Assembly: GCA_002748425.1 (NCBI GenBank)
Contig: PDSJ01000010.1
Coordinates: 123,643-187,642, forward strand
DNA: 64,000 bases
Source of the DNA: a candidate division KSB3 bacterium
GTDB lineage: Bacteria; Moduliflexota; Moduliflexia; Moduliflexales; Moduliflexaceae
Direction: 5' to 3'
Part shown: positions 1 through 10,040 of the stretch, piece after piece
Layout: each line of letters starts with the position of its first letter
Numbering within the stretch: position 1 is the stretch's first letter
Translations under genes and position numbers: made by a program
The notes under the pieces: model-generated
Seen by the model: only the letters and a program-made list of their open reading frames with translations
What the model was told of the DNA's origin: nothing
Databases searched by the model: none

Positions 1-459
1 ATAGCGAATTTCCTGTGTTTCAGGATTGATAAGCCGTAGCCAAAAATCCCGTTGTTCTGAAATATGCGCCTTCCATGAGAACGTGAGAAAAGCCGGACGG
101 CTTTGAAAAGCGTCTCCCCAAGCGCAAGAAATGTCGATAGCCCCATCTTCCAGAGGAAAGGAATACTGCTGAATGGGGATATCCTGAGCTGTGACTGCCT
201 GACCCGCCCATTGGGGTTCCCAGACCGGGGAAAGCCAGTATAACAGCTGTCCTTTTCTATTTGTTAAGGCAGTATGTGTCAATTTTTTTCGAATAGCTGC
301 ATAACATTTATTACCGTTCAGACCCATGTGTTGTAATGCCTGTTCGATATCTTCGAGCGGCATGGCCTCGATCACATCATAATCCTGTTCTAAATTCGTG
401 ATGAGCTTCGTGAATTCATGTTTAAGTACCTTGTTGACCTCTTGCTTTAAGCTTGTCAT
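1..459 (-). CDS. Hypothetical protein, partial: ATG at 457-459, runs off the window edge. Overlaps the sigma-factor stop as ATGA, so it is probably co-transcribed and could be an anti-sigma or partner protein.
   Basis: Manual translation of the minus strand from 459 to 1 gives an uninterrupted frame of more than 150 aa (MTSLKQEVNKVLKHEFTKLITNLEQDYDVIEAMPLEDIEQALQHMGLNGNKCYAAIRKKL...). It is absent from the ORF track only because it has no stop inside the window. The ATG overlaps the TGA of the upstream sigma gene. Confidence 0.4.
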   Translation of the reverse strand, partial: MTSLKQEVNKVLKHEFTKLITNLEQDYDVIEAMPLEDIEQALQHMGLNGNKCYAAIRKKLTHTALTNRKGQLLYWLSPVWEPQWAGQAVTAQDIPIQQYSFPLEDGAIDISCAWGDAFQSRPAFLTFSWKAHISEQRDFWLRLINPETQEIRY

Positions 460-1271
460 TGATATTCTCCTTCTGATAACTGCTCGTACAAGCGTTTCAG
501 ACATGCATTGCTTTTCAATCTTCTATTTGCGTTGTAGACGTGTGTGATTGGAATTTTGAGCTCAGCTGCGATGTCGCGGGCTTTGGTACCATACGAGGAA
601 AAACAGTATTTCAGGATTTCCGTCAGTTCCTTGTCCTGTTTTACACAGTCTAGCATATGCTCCTGTAGCTTGAGTTCATTCAGTTCTTTCAGGTGTTTCC
701 AGACGATTGCGCGCGCTTTGTCCCAGGCCTGTCCCAGATAGTTTCCGCCTACGCCTTCTGACCTGTTGCCGGGGGGAATATCGTCATTGATGCGATCGAG
801 CATGTACGTGATGACTTGTTCAAGCGCCGCATCATCTCCTCGATCCTGAAAAATTCTGTTTCGCAAGGCTGCGATCGTGTGCTCGTCGAGGGTCTCCACA
901 GCCTCGATACCGTCAAGCAGCCTCTGCTCCGGTTCCTGTGCACATTCCTCATTTACTTCCCAGTCAATAACCTCCTCCAAGACATAGACATGCTTGGCGA
1001 TTACTGCTTTCGTAGTCAGATGATTGACTTTGCTCCAGACGATATTCCGAAGGCAGTGAGGCAAAGAGACTCTGTCCTGTGGCCAGCTTCGGCGGCCTTC
1101 AAGCAGGTCTTCCAACGCCTCATGGACGAGGTCTTCCGCCGACGGCGCGCCCGGAATGTTCCGAAGCTGTCTCCCGAATTGTTTCTGCACAGCAAAGAAC
1201 AGTTTTTTCCACTGCTCCTCGCTGAGTTCCTGTAAAGCTGAAAGAAGATATGAAGTCGATTTCGTATTCAT
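456..1271 (-). CDS. Sigma-70 family RNA polymerase sigma factor, ECF-like, with an unusually long linker between regions 2 and 4
   Basis: 271 aa. Region-2-like segment EDLVHEALEDLLEGRRSW...SLPHCLRNIVWSKVNHL. C-terminal region-4-like helix-turn-helix YGTKARDIAAELKIPITHVYNANRRLKSNACLKRL. Confidence 0.6.
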   Translation of the reverse strand: MNTKSTSYLLSALQELSEEQWKKLFFAVQKQFGRQLRNIPGAPSAEDLVHEALEDLLEGRRSWPQDRVSLPHCLRNIVWSKVNHLTTKAVIAKHVYVLEEVIDWEVNEECAQEPEQRLLDGIEAVETLDEHTIAALRNRIFQDRGDDAALEQVITYMLDRINDDIPPGNRSEGVGGNYLGQAWDKARAIVWKHLKELNELKLQEHMLDCVKQDKELTEILKYCFSSYGTKARDIAAELKIPITHVYNANRRLKSNACLKRLYEQLSEGEYQ

Positions 1272-1546
1272 ACTGAGCTCTTATAAACGTATACCCTAGT
1301 TGGAAAAAAATTTGCCATTGAAGAAAAAAATTGTGAAGGATCGCAAAAAATTCAGCATAGCGGTATAAAAGTGTACAAGGGCGGAAAGGTCAAAAGAAAT
1401 TTCAAAAAAAATTTCCCAGGCACCGTAAAAAATCTAAGAACGCGGTACAGAATGAATGAGCGGGGAATGAGAAATCGAAGATCTTCCGCTTTGGAGATCA
1501 CGTTTCATACACTTATTAACGTTACTATTTATCGGAGGAAAAAATT

Positions 1547-2080
1547 ATGTTACGGAGAATTTGTTTGACTTCCTTAGTTGCTGTCGTATTTACTGTTGCT
1601 CTGAGTTCAATGGTTTTCGCGCAAGGAGGTTCAGCCGCCTTGGCAAAACTTGGCTGGGAGCTGTTGAATAATGAAAACCTGACTGGCGGACTTGGCGATG
1701 CCGGCGGCGAATTGGTTGATGCTGCTGCTGATGCCGGTGAACGGCGTTTACGAGGACGGGAAGAGAATACCGTCTCCACACTCGATTTCGAGGGTTATGC
1801 GGATGTGGATAGAATTACTTCAGATGATAAAGCGCTGATCGATATTAACGTGCTGAATCTTGATAATGTCGATATCGATAATTTGAGAATTAACGCCAAT
1901 GCCCACTTGCAGTCAGTCAACGCCGATGATAGGGCGATGATTGCGGTGAATGGCGTCTATCTGAACGATTTCAAGTCGGAGAGAACGGATATTAAGACGA
2001 CAACAATTGTGAGGGGAAGAATGAAAGCGACCGACAAGGCCAGTATCAGTATCAATACTGTATCCAGCTCGAAATTCTAA
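1547..2080 (+). CDS. Secreted hypothetical protein with an N/D/I-rich repeat region
   Basis: N-terminal signal peptide MLRRICLTSLVAVVFTVALSSMVFAQG. Shine-Dalgarno GGAGG 8 nt upstream of the ATG. C-terminal half is rich in beta-strand-like LIDINVLNLDNVDIDNLRINANAHL motifs. Same length (177 aa) as the neighbouring gene. Confidence 0.6.
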   Translation: MLRRICLTSLVAVVFTVALSSMVFAQGGSAALAKLGWELLNNENLTGGLGDAGGELVDAAADAGERRLRGREENTVSTLDFEGYADVDRITSDDKALIDINVLNLDNVDIDNLRINANAHLQSVNADDRAMIAVNGVYLNDFKSERTDIKTTTIVRGRMKATDKASISINTVSSSKF

Positions 2081-2089
2081 ATATTGCAT

Positions 2090-2125
2090 AGAGGCGGCGT
2101 TAAGAGTGCTGCCTCTTTATTTTAT
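2090..2125 (+). terminator. Rho-independent terminator downstream of the first secreted-protein gene
   Basis: AGAGGCGGCG-TTAAGAG-TGCTGCCTCT forms a roughly 10-bp stem (two G-U pairs) with a 7-nt loop, followed by TTTATTTTAT. Confidence 0.55.
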
Positions 2126-2148
2126 GCTTTTTAGGGAGGAGATGCACT

Positions 2149-2682
2149 ATGAAAACGAAAACGTGGAAGATCATTTTGAGCGTCATCATCGTTCAGCTCT
2201 GTTGTGCTGCTCTTTCCGTATACTCTGAAGAAGGGAAAAGTGCTCAACAGCAACGTCACAGCAAGTTTATGGAACAGCATAAACGCGCTCATGAAAAACG
2301 AATGATCGAAAAGAAAGCTAGTGTGAAATCGAGTACACAGCCTGGTCGGACCTCATACTCCGTCACGATCGTGGATAGTTATGAAGATTGTGCTGGGTTG
2401 GAAGATTTGGGAAATATCAGGGCAAATGGTTCTGTACGGAATATCTATCACGTCACCAGAGTGACAGATCCTCGCATTCGCGCCTCGAAATGCCCCTTAC
2501 TAATTGGGAATATTGACGTGCAGGACGGAAACGTACGAGAAATTGCCACTTATACGGAGATACGAGGATCGATCTTGAGCCGTTCGCAGGATGTCATGCT
2601 TGGAAACATCCGCCTGAAAAACGCCGAAGTTGAGCAAATCAGAAATGTCGTCGAAATCGGGGGAAGCATTGAGATTAAATAA
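2149..2682 (+). CDS. Secreted hypothetical protein with three roughly 30-aa G-N-I repeats (beta-solenoid-like)
   Basis: Signal peptide MKTKTWKIILSVIIVQLCCAALSVYS. Shine-Dalgarno GGGAGGAG upstream. Three repeats: LGNIRANGSVRNIYHVTRVTD / LIGNIDVQDGNVREIATYTEIRGSI / MLGNIRLKNAEVEQIRNVVEIGGSI. Confidence 0.6.
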   Translation: MKTKTWKIILSVIIVQLCCAALSVYSEEGKSAQQQRHSKFMEQHKRAHEKRMIEKKASVKSSTQPGRTSYSVTIVDSYEDCAGLEDLGNIRANGSVRNIYHVTRVTDPRIRASKCPLLIGNIDVQDGNVREIATYTEIRGSILSRSQDVMLGNIRLKNAEVEQIRNVVEIGGSIEIK

Positions 2683-2706
2683 TGGGTACAGGACGAGGAG
2701 AAGAGA

Positions 2707-3843
2707 ATGACAGCGGTATTAAGACAGTGGGGCATTTGGGTGGGACTCGTGATGCTGACCGGATGCCAGCCGACTTTGACGGAAGGTGATCGGGAGTTTC
2801 TGGAATCACAGAGAACGCCGCGAACTAGAGTAACGGAATACAGCACAGCCCTGAAGCGCCTCGGCCGCATTATTAATAAAGGTGGGGGAGGGACTGCCAG
2901 AACCTTTCAGGTAAAACCGATCACCAACCAAAGCGGAGGCGAAGGTATCCCGTTTAATGTTACTGAAATGGTGATTACAAGCATTCAGAACTTATCGGGG
3001 AACGCCTTATATGTGGTTCCCCATTATTTTGACTATGAATCGCAGGATGCTGTGCTGAATACGGGAACGCAGGTTCGGAAGCGTCGTAAACCCGATATCG
3101 TTATTGCCGGGGCTATTACCGAATTCGATCAGGACATTTCCGTAGAGGACAGTGCCTTTGATATCAACCTTTTTGGACCGCTTTCAATTGAGGGGGAAGA
3201 TCTTGATCCGGAAATCGAGTATGCCTTCGATCATGCCAAATCTATTTCACGGATCGCTCTTGACCTTCGTTTGATGAATTATGATAGTACAGTGTTTTAC
3301 CCTGGAAAACAAGTCTCCAATACGATTGTCGTGGCCGAGGTGGAACGTGGAAGCAGCCTTGGCTTCATGATTTATGGATCAGGTATTAGCCGTTCAGGAA
3401 GAATCGCCGTCAGACAGGGCTTACATCAGGCAGTGAGAAATTTAATTGATTACAGCATGTTACAATTAATGGGAATACAGTACACCATCCCGTTTTGGAA
3501 AACGCTTGACAATCGTCATGATTCGTTAGGACAAGAATACCTGGCAGAGTGGCGTCAAGAGTTTTTGAATATTGACGAGCCTATGAAGGTCGGCCGCATT
3601 CAAGCCTGGCTGCTGAACTATGATTTAGGGCCGGTATATGTAGACGGAACCCTGTATCAGGAGATTCCAAAATCTGAATATGGAAAATTCCAGCGAATTA
3701 CACAGGCTTTTGCATTGAAATACCTCTACGAGTACGCTCCTCATTCCAGCTTGATTTCTGATATCGAACAAAGTAATACGTTTCTTTCCGCCGACATGCT
3801 GGTAACACTTTATATGATGCTGATCGAGACATTGCCCTTGTAA
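2707..3843 (+). CDS. CsgG-like outer-membrane lipoprotein (curli-type secretion channel family) with a C-terminal extension
   Basis: Lipoprotein signal ending LTGC. The core DIVIAGAITEFDQDI...RIALDLRLMNYDSTVFYPGKQVSNTIVVAEVERGSSLGFMIYGS...AVRNLIDYSMLQLMG matches the E. coli CsgG architecture (NIMVEGSIIGYESNV...QIAVNLRVVNVSTGEIL...CLMSAIETGVIFLINDG). Lies 24 nt downstream of the second secreted-protein gene. Confidence 0.5.
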   Translation: MTAVLRQWGIWVGLVMLTGCQPTLTEGDREFLESQRTPRTRVTEYSTALKRLGRIINKGGGGTARTFQVKPITNQSGGEGIPFNVTEMVITSIQNLSGNALYVVPHYFDYESQDAVLNTGTQVRKRRKPDIVIAGAITEFDQDISVEDSAFDINLFGPLSIEGEDLDPEIEYAFDHAKSISRIALDLRLMNYDSTVFYPGKQVSNTIVVAEVERGSSLGFMIYGSGISRSGRIAVRQGLHQAVRNLIDYSMLQLMGIQYTIPFWKTLDNRHDSLGQEYLAEWRQEFLNIDEPMKVGRIQAWLLNYDLGPVYVDGTLYQEIPKSEYGKFQRITQAFALKYLYEYAPHSSLISDIEQSNTFLSADMLVTLYMMLIETLPL

Positions 3844-6332
3844 TGGAAGGGAGAGAATGACTTCAAAAAATCCGTTACCAAAGGTGATAAAGGGTGCCCG
3901 AAAGTTCTCTCCATATTGTCCTCTCAGCAGCTGCAGTTTGATTTCGCGCAGGGCCTTGACCGCATTCAAGCCTTGCTTGAGATAGAAAAACATGCCGGCG
4001 CTGATGCCTTTAGCGGATACCGAGTCCACAGACCAGAGTGTGACAGTGGTTGTCATAGTGCCGGCATACATAAAATCCCGCGTGAGGCCCATGATCCCCT
4101 TTCCCTTGCGAAATGTCCCCCGCCCGGTATTGCAGGTCGCAGGTCGAGAAGACATCCGACATTAGAAGGAGATCGTCGGATAAAATCAGAGCCGGTTGGT
4201 CGAGAAGGCTGATTTGTCTAGGAATAAGACCGTGCATCGAAAATAGAAGATGCTGATAATCGTCCAGACTGCCCTGACTGTTCATATGCAACAGGTTCGC
4301 GCGGGACGCGTTTCCCCGAAGCTGCAAGGGTCGGCTGTCTACCGGGGCTTGGAACAGTTCTGCAACCAGTCGAGCTTCTTCCTCGGTCTCCGGAAGCTCG
4401 TTAATCTTTCCGCCCTGAAAGGCTGAGACCACCGATTGAAGTTGTGAGGCTCTTGTGGCTGTTTTGTCTAGGCGTTGATAGAGTTGTTGATGCTCTGGAT
4501 AGGCAAAGGCCAGAAAAGGATAGCGGGAGGCCGGAGCAGCCTACAGCGTATATGAGGAGTTAACAAAAGGCTTTTCCTGGGCGGGAACCGGACTATACTC
4601 GCGCTCGACCGTGCTGTCGATATAATCTGACAGCATGGCGTGGCGCATATCCGCGACTTGTTGTTGAATGGCGTATTCTCCCAATCGGGAGAAGGTACAT
4701 CTGCGTCTGCTGCGTCCCAATGAGCCACAGTATCGTATTTTCCGACATCACATGATACGCCAGCATCAGTTCGTCCGGACGCAGTGTACGGGAGCGGAGT
4801 TCATTTAGGTCGATCGGCTGAGGAAATCGCAGAGCGTAGTACTCAGGGCAGCGGCTCTGCAGTGTGCTGCGTAATGTGCGCTCTTCGCCTTTAAGGGCGG
4901 TAATTCGCCGTTCTAATTCCGTGACTCGCTCAAGCGTCTGCCGGGGGCGAGCAAGTTCGTCCGACAGGTTGTGCTGCATCTGATCGAGCTGTATGCCGAG
5001 TTGTTCTTCGCGCTGGCGAAGCTTATTCGGAACGCCTGCAAAACGGCGGGTGCCGGTTTTGCCCATTTGCTCCAGGAACACGCGTCTCTGTCTGTGTTCG
5101 AATATTTCAAAGGCTTTGCGGTCGTAGCCCTGCCCCGGGTGCTGCTTGGTGCAGTCGGCCCAACAGCGCGAGAAACGCATCATACACCTCGAATTTAGTA
5201 CCCATCACGTTCCGGTAGTCATTGCAGACACGGAATTCAGCGCGTAAGTGTTCGATATGCCCGATCGCCTGTTCATAATGCTGTACGGCCTCCTAGTCGC
5301 GTTGGCGTTCTACTTCTGCGGCTGCCAGCCCGCTCAGTGCTTCCCAGAGTATACTGCGAGGCTGAAGACACCCTCGCCGAGGCGTACACTGCTGTTAAAG
5401 GCGTCATGCACCTGCTGCGTTTTGCCGAGCAGTGCGTAGAGCTTGCCTATCTGCATCAATGAAGTGCTTTGACGCCTCGGCTCCCCTATGGACAGAGCGA
5501 GAGATAGAGACTGCTGAAAGGCCTCCATGGCTTCCTGCATCCGGCCATTATCACGATAAACCATGCCGATCCCCGTCAGGGTCCCGGCCTGCCCCCGGGG
5601 ATCGTTCAGGGTACGCCTGAGCGTCAAGGCATTCTGGTAAAAATCCAGCGCTTGTTCATAATCGTATTGCTTCCGATAGACGACCGCGATATTATTAAGC
5701 GTAGCGGCTTCGCCGCGCCGGTCGCCGACTGTTCGTTTGGCCTTCAGCGCCAACGCGTAATACGACAGTGTTTCGTCATAGTGGCCGAGATGCCAGGAGA
5801 TCGCGCCGATATTGCTGAAGATTCGGCCCTGGGCGCCGATGTCCTGAAGCTGCTCTCGGATCGTCAGCGCTTGACGGTAGCTGTACAGGGCTTCCTGAAA
5901 ACGTCCCCGGCGTTCATACAAATCTCCAATATTGTTCAACACATCAGCCTCCAAGTCGCTGCGCCTAAGCTGCCGATAACGTGCGTGGGCCTGCTGGTAA
6001 TGTTCTAGGGCGGAGAGATCTTCACCAGCGTAAAAGTGAGCGATGCCAAGGTTGGCGAACGCGTGGCCTTCATGTTCAGTCTGCCCGAGCAGATGAGTTA
6101 GGGAAAGGCTCGGGCGATACGCGTCCAGCGCGTCTTCATATCGTTCGAACTCTTCGGACGCCCAGCCCAGCGGATATAGAAACACGCTGATACGCTGTAA
6201 ATTTTTAGAACGCCGGGCTTCTTTCAGGCCGGCTTGCCAAGCTTTCAGGGCAGCGGCGTAGTCTCTACTCTTGAAGGTGGCCTGGCTGTTTTCGCCAAAC
6301 TGGCATAGCACTAAAAGGTATAATTTATGCAT
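3625..6332 (-). pseudogene. Disrupted TPR-CHAT (caspase-like peptidase) gene: TPR repeats 5334-6332, linker 4593-5183, CHAT His region 4010-4432, CHAT Cys region 3870-4155
   Basis: The 332-aa fragment carries tandem TPRs (LNNIGDLYERRGRFQEALYSYRQAL, LNNIAVVYRKQYDYEQALDFYQNAL). The 196-aa fragment has the pre-CHAT motif ELMLAYHVMSENTILWLIGTQ. The 140-aa fragment has LPETEEEARLVAELFQ...YQHLLFSMHGL (His motif). The 176-aa fragment has ATCNTGRG...GLTRDFMYAGTMTTTVTLWSVDS...FRAPFITFGN (Cys motif and C-terminal signature). Fragments sit in different frames; manual translation of 5184-5333 shows several in-frame stops. The C-terminal frame runs 220 nt into the CsgG-like gene on the other strand. Confidence 0.55.
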
Positions 6333-7468
6333 AGATCCAGGTTCACGCCCTCATATATGCGCTGTTCTGCTGATTCTGTGTTAGGGTCACAGTCCAGATG
6401 AACAAACAAGCCTTGACCGAGGAGGGCGATCGAGGGGGTGAGACGATAGTGAAATCCAGCGCCGCCGGCGTAACGCACACGGCGGCCTTCATAGGGAAGA
6501 TCGAGGTCTCTACGTTTCCGCTCGCTTTCGCCGTAATAGCGCAGATCGGCGACAAACGGAATGCTGAAACGCGGCGTCGCGTGATAAAGTAGCTTGAGTG
6601 CCCCAAACAACTCGCTACCGATGCTGTTTTCCGACTCTTCAATCATCTTTCCGCCGATGGATTCTTCGCTTGTAAACTGTGTGATGTATTGCAGAGACAG
6701 CGTCATATCCACAGTATCCAGCACTGCGATTTGAAGATCAGCTCCCGCCGATAATTTGTCTCCAATTTGAAGTGTGTCCGCATCATTTTCCGTGTCGATC
6801 CCGAAGTGTGAGTAGCCGAGATACGCGTGAATGTGTCGGCGGGGGGATTTTTTCCAGCTGTATGCTGCGTGAAGCAGAATTTCATCGCCCGGATCGTACT
6901 CGTTCAAGACTTCATCCCAGCAAAGATCGTACTGCCCGTAGTATACATAGCCGGAATACACTCCGACACTGTGAATACCACTTTCGCGTTCCAAGCCTAG
7001 TGTGGCGCCGAGGTTCAGGCCCTCGTCTAAAATATCGACACGGAACAGATCGTTTTGCTGAAAGTGATCGCGCTGCAGGATCCTTTCAGCGCTGAGGTCG
7101 TCGTTATCAAGATGTGCTTTGCCTGTTGGGAGATTGACAGCAAAATCCATCACGAATCTTATCGGATTTTGAGTCGGGAGCGTATAGCTGTAAATAGCGT
7201 TGATAAAGGTATCCGTGAATCCGGAAAGGGCAAAATCATCATCGCCTTCTCGGCTGAGTTCTGTGTGGGCGTAGGTAGTATCCAGGGTCACGGCAAGAGC
7301 ACCGCGCTCGTAGTCCCATTGTAAGGGCACTGCTGTTTGAAAGCCCGTATGTTTAGGGGAGTCGTCATCGCGAAAGCTGTCGTATTGCAGAACCATACTC
7401 ACATGGCTCTGGCAGAATGCGGAAAGGCTACCGAGTAGCAGCGCCCCGAGCAACAGGGCGCTGTACAC
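6311..7468 (-). CDS. Putative outer-membrane beta-barrel protein
   Basis: Signal peptide MYSALLLGALLLGSLSAFC. Alternating hydrophobic, Y/G-rich composition. C-terminus LCINYTF ends in an aromatic residue, typical of OMP barrels. Overlaps the start of the TPR fragment by 22 nt. Confidence 0.6.
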   Translation of the reverse strand: MYSALLLGALLLGSLSAFCQSHVSMVLQYDSFRDDDSPKHTGFQTAVPLQWDYERGALAVTLDTTYAHTELSREGDDDFALSGFTDTFINAIYSYTLPTQNPIRFVMDFAVNLPTGKAHLDNDDLSAERILQRDHFQQNDLFRVDILDEGLNLGATLGLERESGIHSVGVYSGYVYYGQYDLCWDEVLNEYDPGDEILLHAAYSWKKSPRRHIHAYLGYSHFGIDTENDADTLQIGDKLSAGADLQIAVLDTVDMTLSLQYITQFTSEESIGGKMIEESENSIGSELFGALKLLYHATPRFSIPFVADLRYYGESERKRRDLDLPYEGRRVRYAGGAGFHYRLTPSIALLGQGLFVHLDCDPNTESAEQRIYEGVNLDLCINYTF

Positions 7469-7744
7469 TGTTGTGTCAGGTATTTTATATCCGTATCTGG
7501 TTGTGATTCATGTTTTCAGCGGGATTCGTCAACAAGAATTTCGATTCTATGCGCTCGAGGACGATTTCCCCAGGAGTCGGGACAATTCAGGGAATCGTGT
7601 ATAGGTCTTGAAGGGCCGTTGTTCTGTCCGCCTGAGATCACCAACGCTTCGTTGTCGTCTGAAACAGCCTCGCCAGAGGAAGAATGCGGCGTGTCGTCGC
7701 CATGCACCTTAAACTCGAACATCGCGCTCATGTCGCGAGGCGGG

Positions 7745-10040
7745 TCAGTTGTGCCTAGGGCTGCCGCTCAAGACGGCCAGCGTCATCCCTAGGCCGCGGC
7801 TGACGGCTCGCTGTCCGGATCGCACGACTCTGGTCTCACGGGTCAGCCGGTTTCTGAACGTGATATCGACTGTATAGGCGAAGACCAGGGTCGTACCTTT
7901 ACCCAGATCATCTTCGCCGCTAATCAAGCCGTCCGCCTGCCATGAATCCAACTCAATGTCGATCGGCGTTGCGTTCGTTTGTGGTGAAAACAGGCCCGGA
8001 GTGGGCTCAGCGTCCGTCCGTGCGATCTCAGCCTGTGAAAACCTGCGGCTCAATTCCTCATCCCGCTGGGTCAGCCGGGCTTCTAAAAGGGCACTGGCTT
8101 CGCTTTCGATCAGTCCGATATCTGAAAAGGCCTTTTGTCCGCTGAGGAGCACGGCTGCCGTGCTGTCCGGCACAGGCAGCGGAACAGGCGCATCGTCTGG
8201 CAGCGAGGCGAGATCCACGAATTCGTTCCGCCGCCGGCTCCCGTTGTCTCCCCAAAGTCCGCTGCCAACGGAAGTGCTTGGGATGACGGCAGCATAATAA
8301 TTTTTCCGTTAAAGTACCCGGCAGGCAGAGACTGCGCCTGCGTTGCTGCTGAAAAAATAGCAAAAACTGTCAGAAAAAGAAAAGCGAAGCTCAAAAGTGA
8401 AAACAACGGCGGATTCGCATTATTCCCTTTGTTTGGATCGTTCGTAGTCATATGATCTTTATGGCTGTTATAAGGAAGAGTACGGTATTTCCAGTACAGA
8501 GGAACTCTGTTTGTACCCGGATCCTCGTATATATAGCCAAATCTCCATTCGGCTGGACTAACAGACTCATCTTCACCCGTTTGATTCCAGCCTTCGTTTG
8601 CTAATTCGTCTATATTAGTTGTGGTCATATGATCATCCGGTACATCCAACGGCCCCTCCAATTTTTTATATTTTCTGTATAGTGGTATTGTATGAGGGAT
8701 TTTTTTATTTAAAACGTGACTCAATAAGCGCTCGCATTCATAATTTTGGTTGGGAGGGGCGGGACTCAATCTATCCAAATGGTTTTCATACTTTCCAGAG
8801 TACATGCGGTAAAGTGGACTTGTTGACAACTCAAATATCACAGTGCTTTTTTCGCCACCGCTATAAACCGTTTTCCGTCAAGTCGATCGTGAGCCATTCT
8901 GACGCGTTATATGGGATTGGGCCTGAAGGAGGCGTTAGGGCGACATCCAAAGCCATGATCGGATTGGGCGCAAAGTTCACACTGGTCATGCCGCTGCCGC
9001 TGTATGCGAGCGACGTCACTTTTGCCGTCACGTTTTCCGAACCGGGCCTCGGCCACGAACCATCGTTTGAGAGGGTGACAACGCCTCTCCCATCCTTATA
9101 CTGTCAGTGTCGACGTCGAAAGCCTTCCCTGGTCGGCGCTCAGGGAAATTGAGATCGGGGTGGACGACGCGGTTCCCGTGCTGCTCTTGTTGATCACGAC
9201 AGTGAGCGTCGTACTCGTGGTTCCAAACGGCAGCGGATTCGGATCGGCGGACAGGGCGATCGTCAACTGTGCTGGAGGAAGCGGAGTCGGTGCGGGCGGC
9301 GCTTCCGGCGTCACGGTCACTTTGACCGGCGTTGCAGTCGGTTTTTCAGGGATCGGCGTGGGCAGCATTCTCTGCACGCTTGCTTGGAAACTTCGCGAAG
9401 GTGAACGCCCGTCAGAGATGACGCAGGTGAAAATTCGGTGTTTGGCGTCTGCGTTCAGGGGATAGGGATCGGGAAACTTCGCCCCCACTGCCGTGCCGGC
9501 AGAAAAGGGGCCGTTGACGCTGACGCCGTTGCGTTCGGTCAGAATGGCGTGTAAGCGGTGGCGATCCTTGTCCGGGGCATCGATGAGGGCTGTACCTCAG
9601 CTCACATCGATCGACTCGCCGGCCTTTGCCAAGCCCGGAACGCGCAAAGGGTTTTCGCCAAGCAGGAAGTCTTCAAAGGGAGCTAGGGAAAGGGCGACTT
9701 GAGAGTCGCGACAGATATCGATTGTGCGGCTTGCCACAAGTGGAGTTTCGCGTGTCAGTGTGCCCCGGGCCGTGACCTGATAGCGGCAAGGTGGATCGTA
9801 AAGAGTGAGCGGAATCTCCGCTGGCAGAGGCAGAGGGACTGTGATGCCCAAGATTCGAGGTTCCGCCGGCTGCCCGAGTTCGTTTAAGCCGATCACATCA
9901 ATGGTCAGGCCGGTCAGTTTGGCCTGGGTATCCTGACCGGCAAACAGGCTCAGTGCCGGACCGGCTCTGTTTACGCTTCTGGTTGGACTGGACGACTCTT
10001 TTTTGCAGCCTTTGGCGCGGATCACGGATGAAAGTATCAA
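7745..10040 (-). pseudogene. Fragmented cell-surface protein: signal/lipobox-like N-terminus, Ig-like Pro/Thr-rich segment, in-frame TGA at 9597-9599, DUF5648-like LYR...DHMTT repeats, internal hydrophobic segment
   Basis: ORFs 9597-10040 and 9096-9488 are in the same frame, separated only by a TGA (...GESIDVS * GTALIDAPDK...AVGAKFPDPYP...), verified by manual translation. Upstream in-frame sequence CFFLLLLILSSVIRAKGC looks like a signal peptide with a lipobox. Fragments 8110-8841 and 7745-8218 are in other frames. Repeats PLYRKY..DHMTTTN and PLYWKY..DHMTTND. The 8400-8800 stretch is visibly AT-rich. Confidence 0.35.

Noticed and set aside
816-1235. 139-aa plus-strand ORF
   Set aside because: It is entirely antisense to the well-supported sigma-factor gene. 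It has no Shine-Dalgarno and low-complexity composition. It is an antisense frame artefact.
3853-3981. Small plus-strand ORF (MTSKNPLPKV...) right after the CsgG-like gene with an AAGGGAGAG Shine-Dalgarno
   Set aside because: It is only about 42 aa, is antisense to the CHAT C-terminal motif region, and has no homologous features. The apparent Shine-Dalgarno is probably coincidental.
8619-9152. 177-aa plus-strand ORF in the fragmented region
   Set aside because: It is antisense to the DUF5648-like and Ig-like fragments. It has no signal, no Shine-Dalgarno and no motifs. It probably reflects the AT-rich repeat composition.
9597-9599. In-frame TGA as selenocysteine or an alternative genetic code (UGA as Gly or Trp)
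   Set aside because: Intact genes across the window terminate with TGA (the sigma factor, ftsH, the HD gene). No SECIS-like hairpin follows immediately. A nonsense mutation in a decaying gene is more parsimonious.
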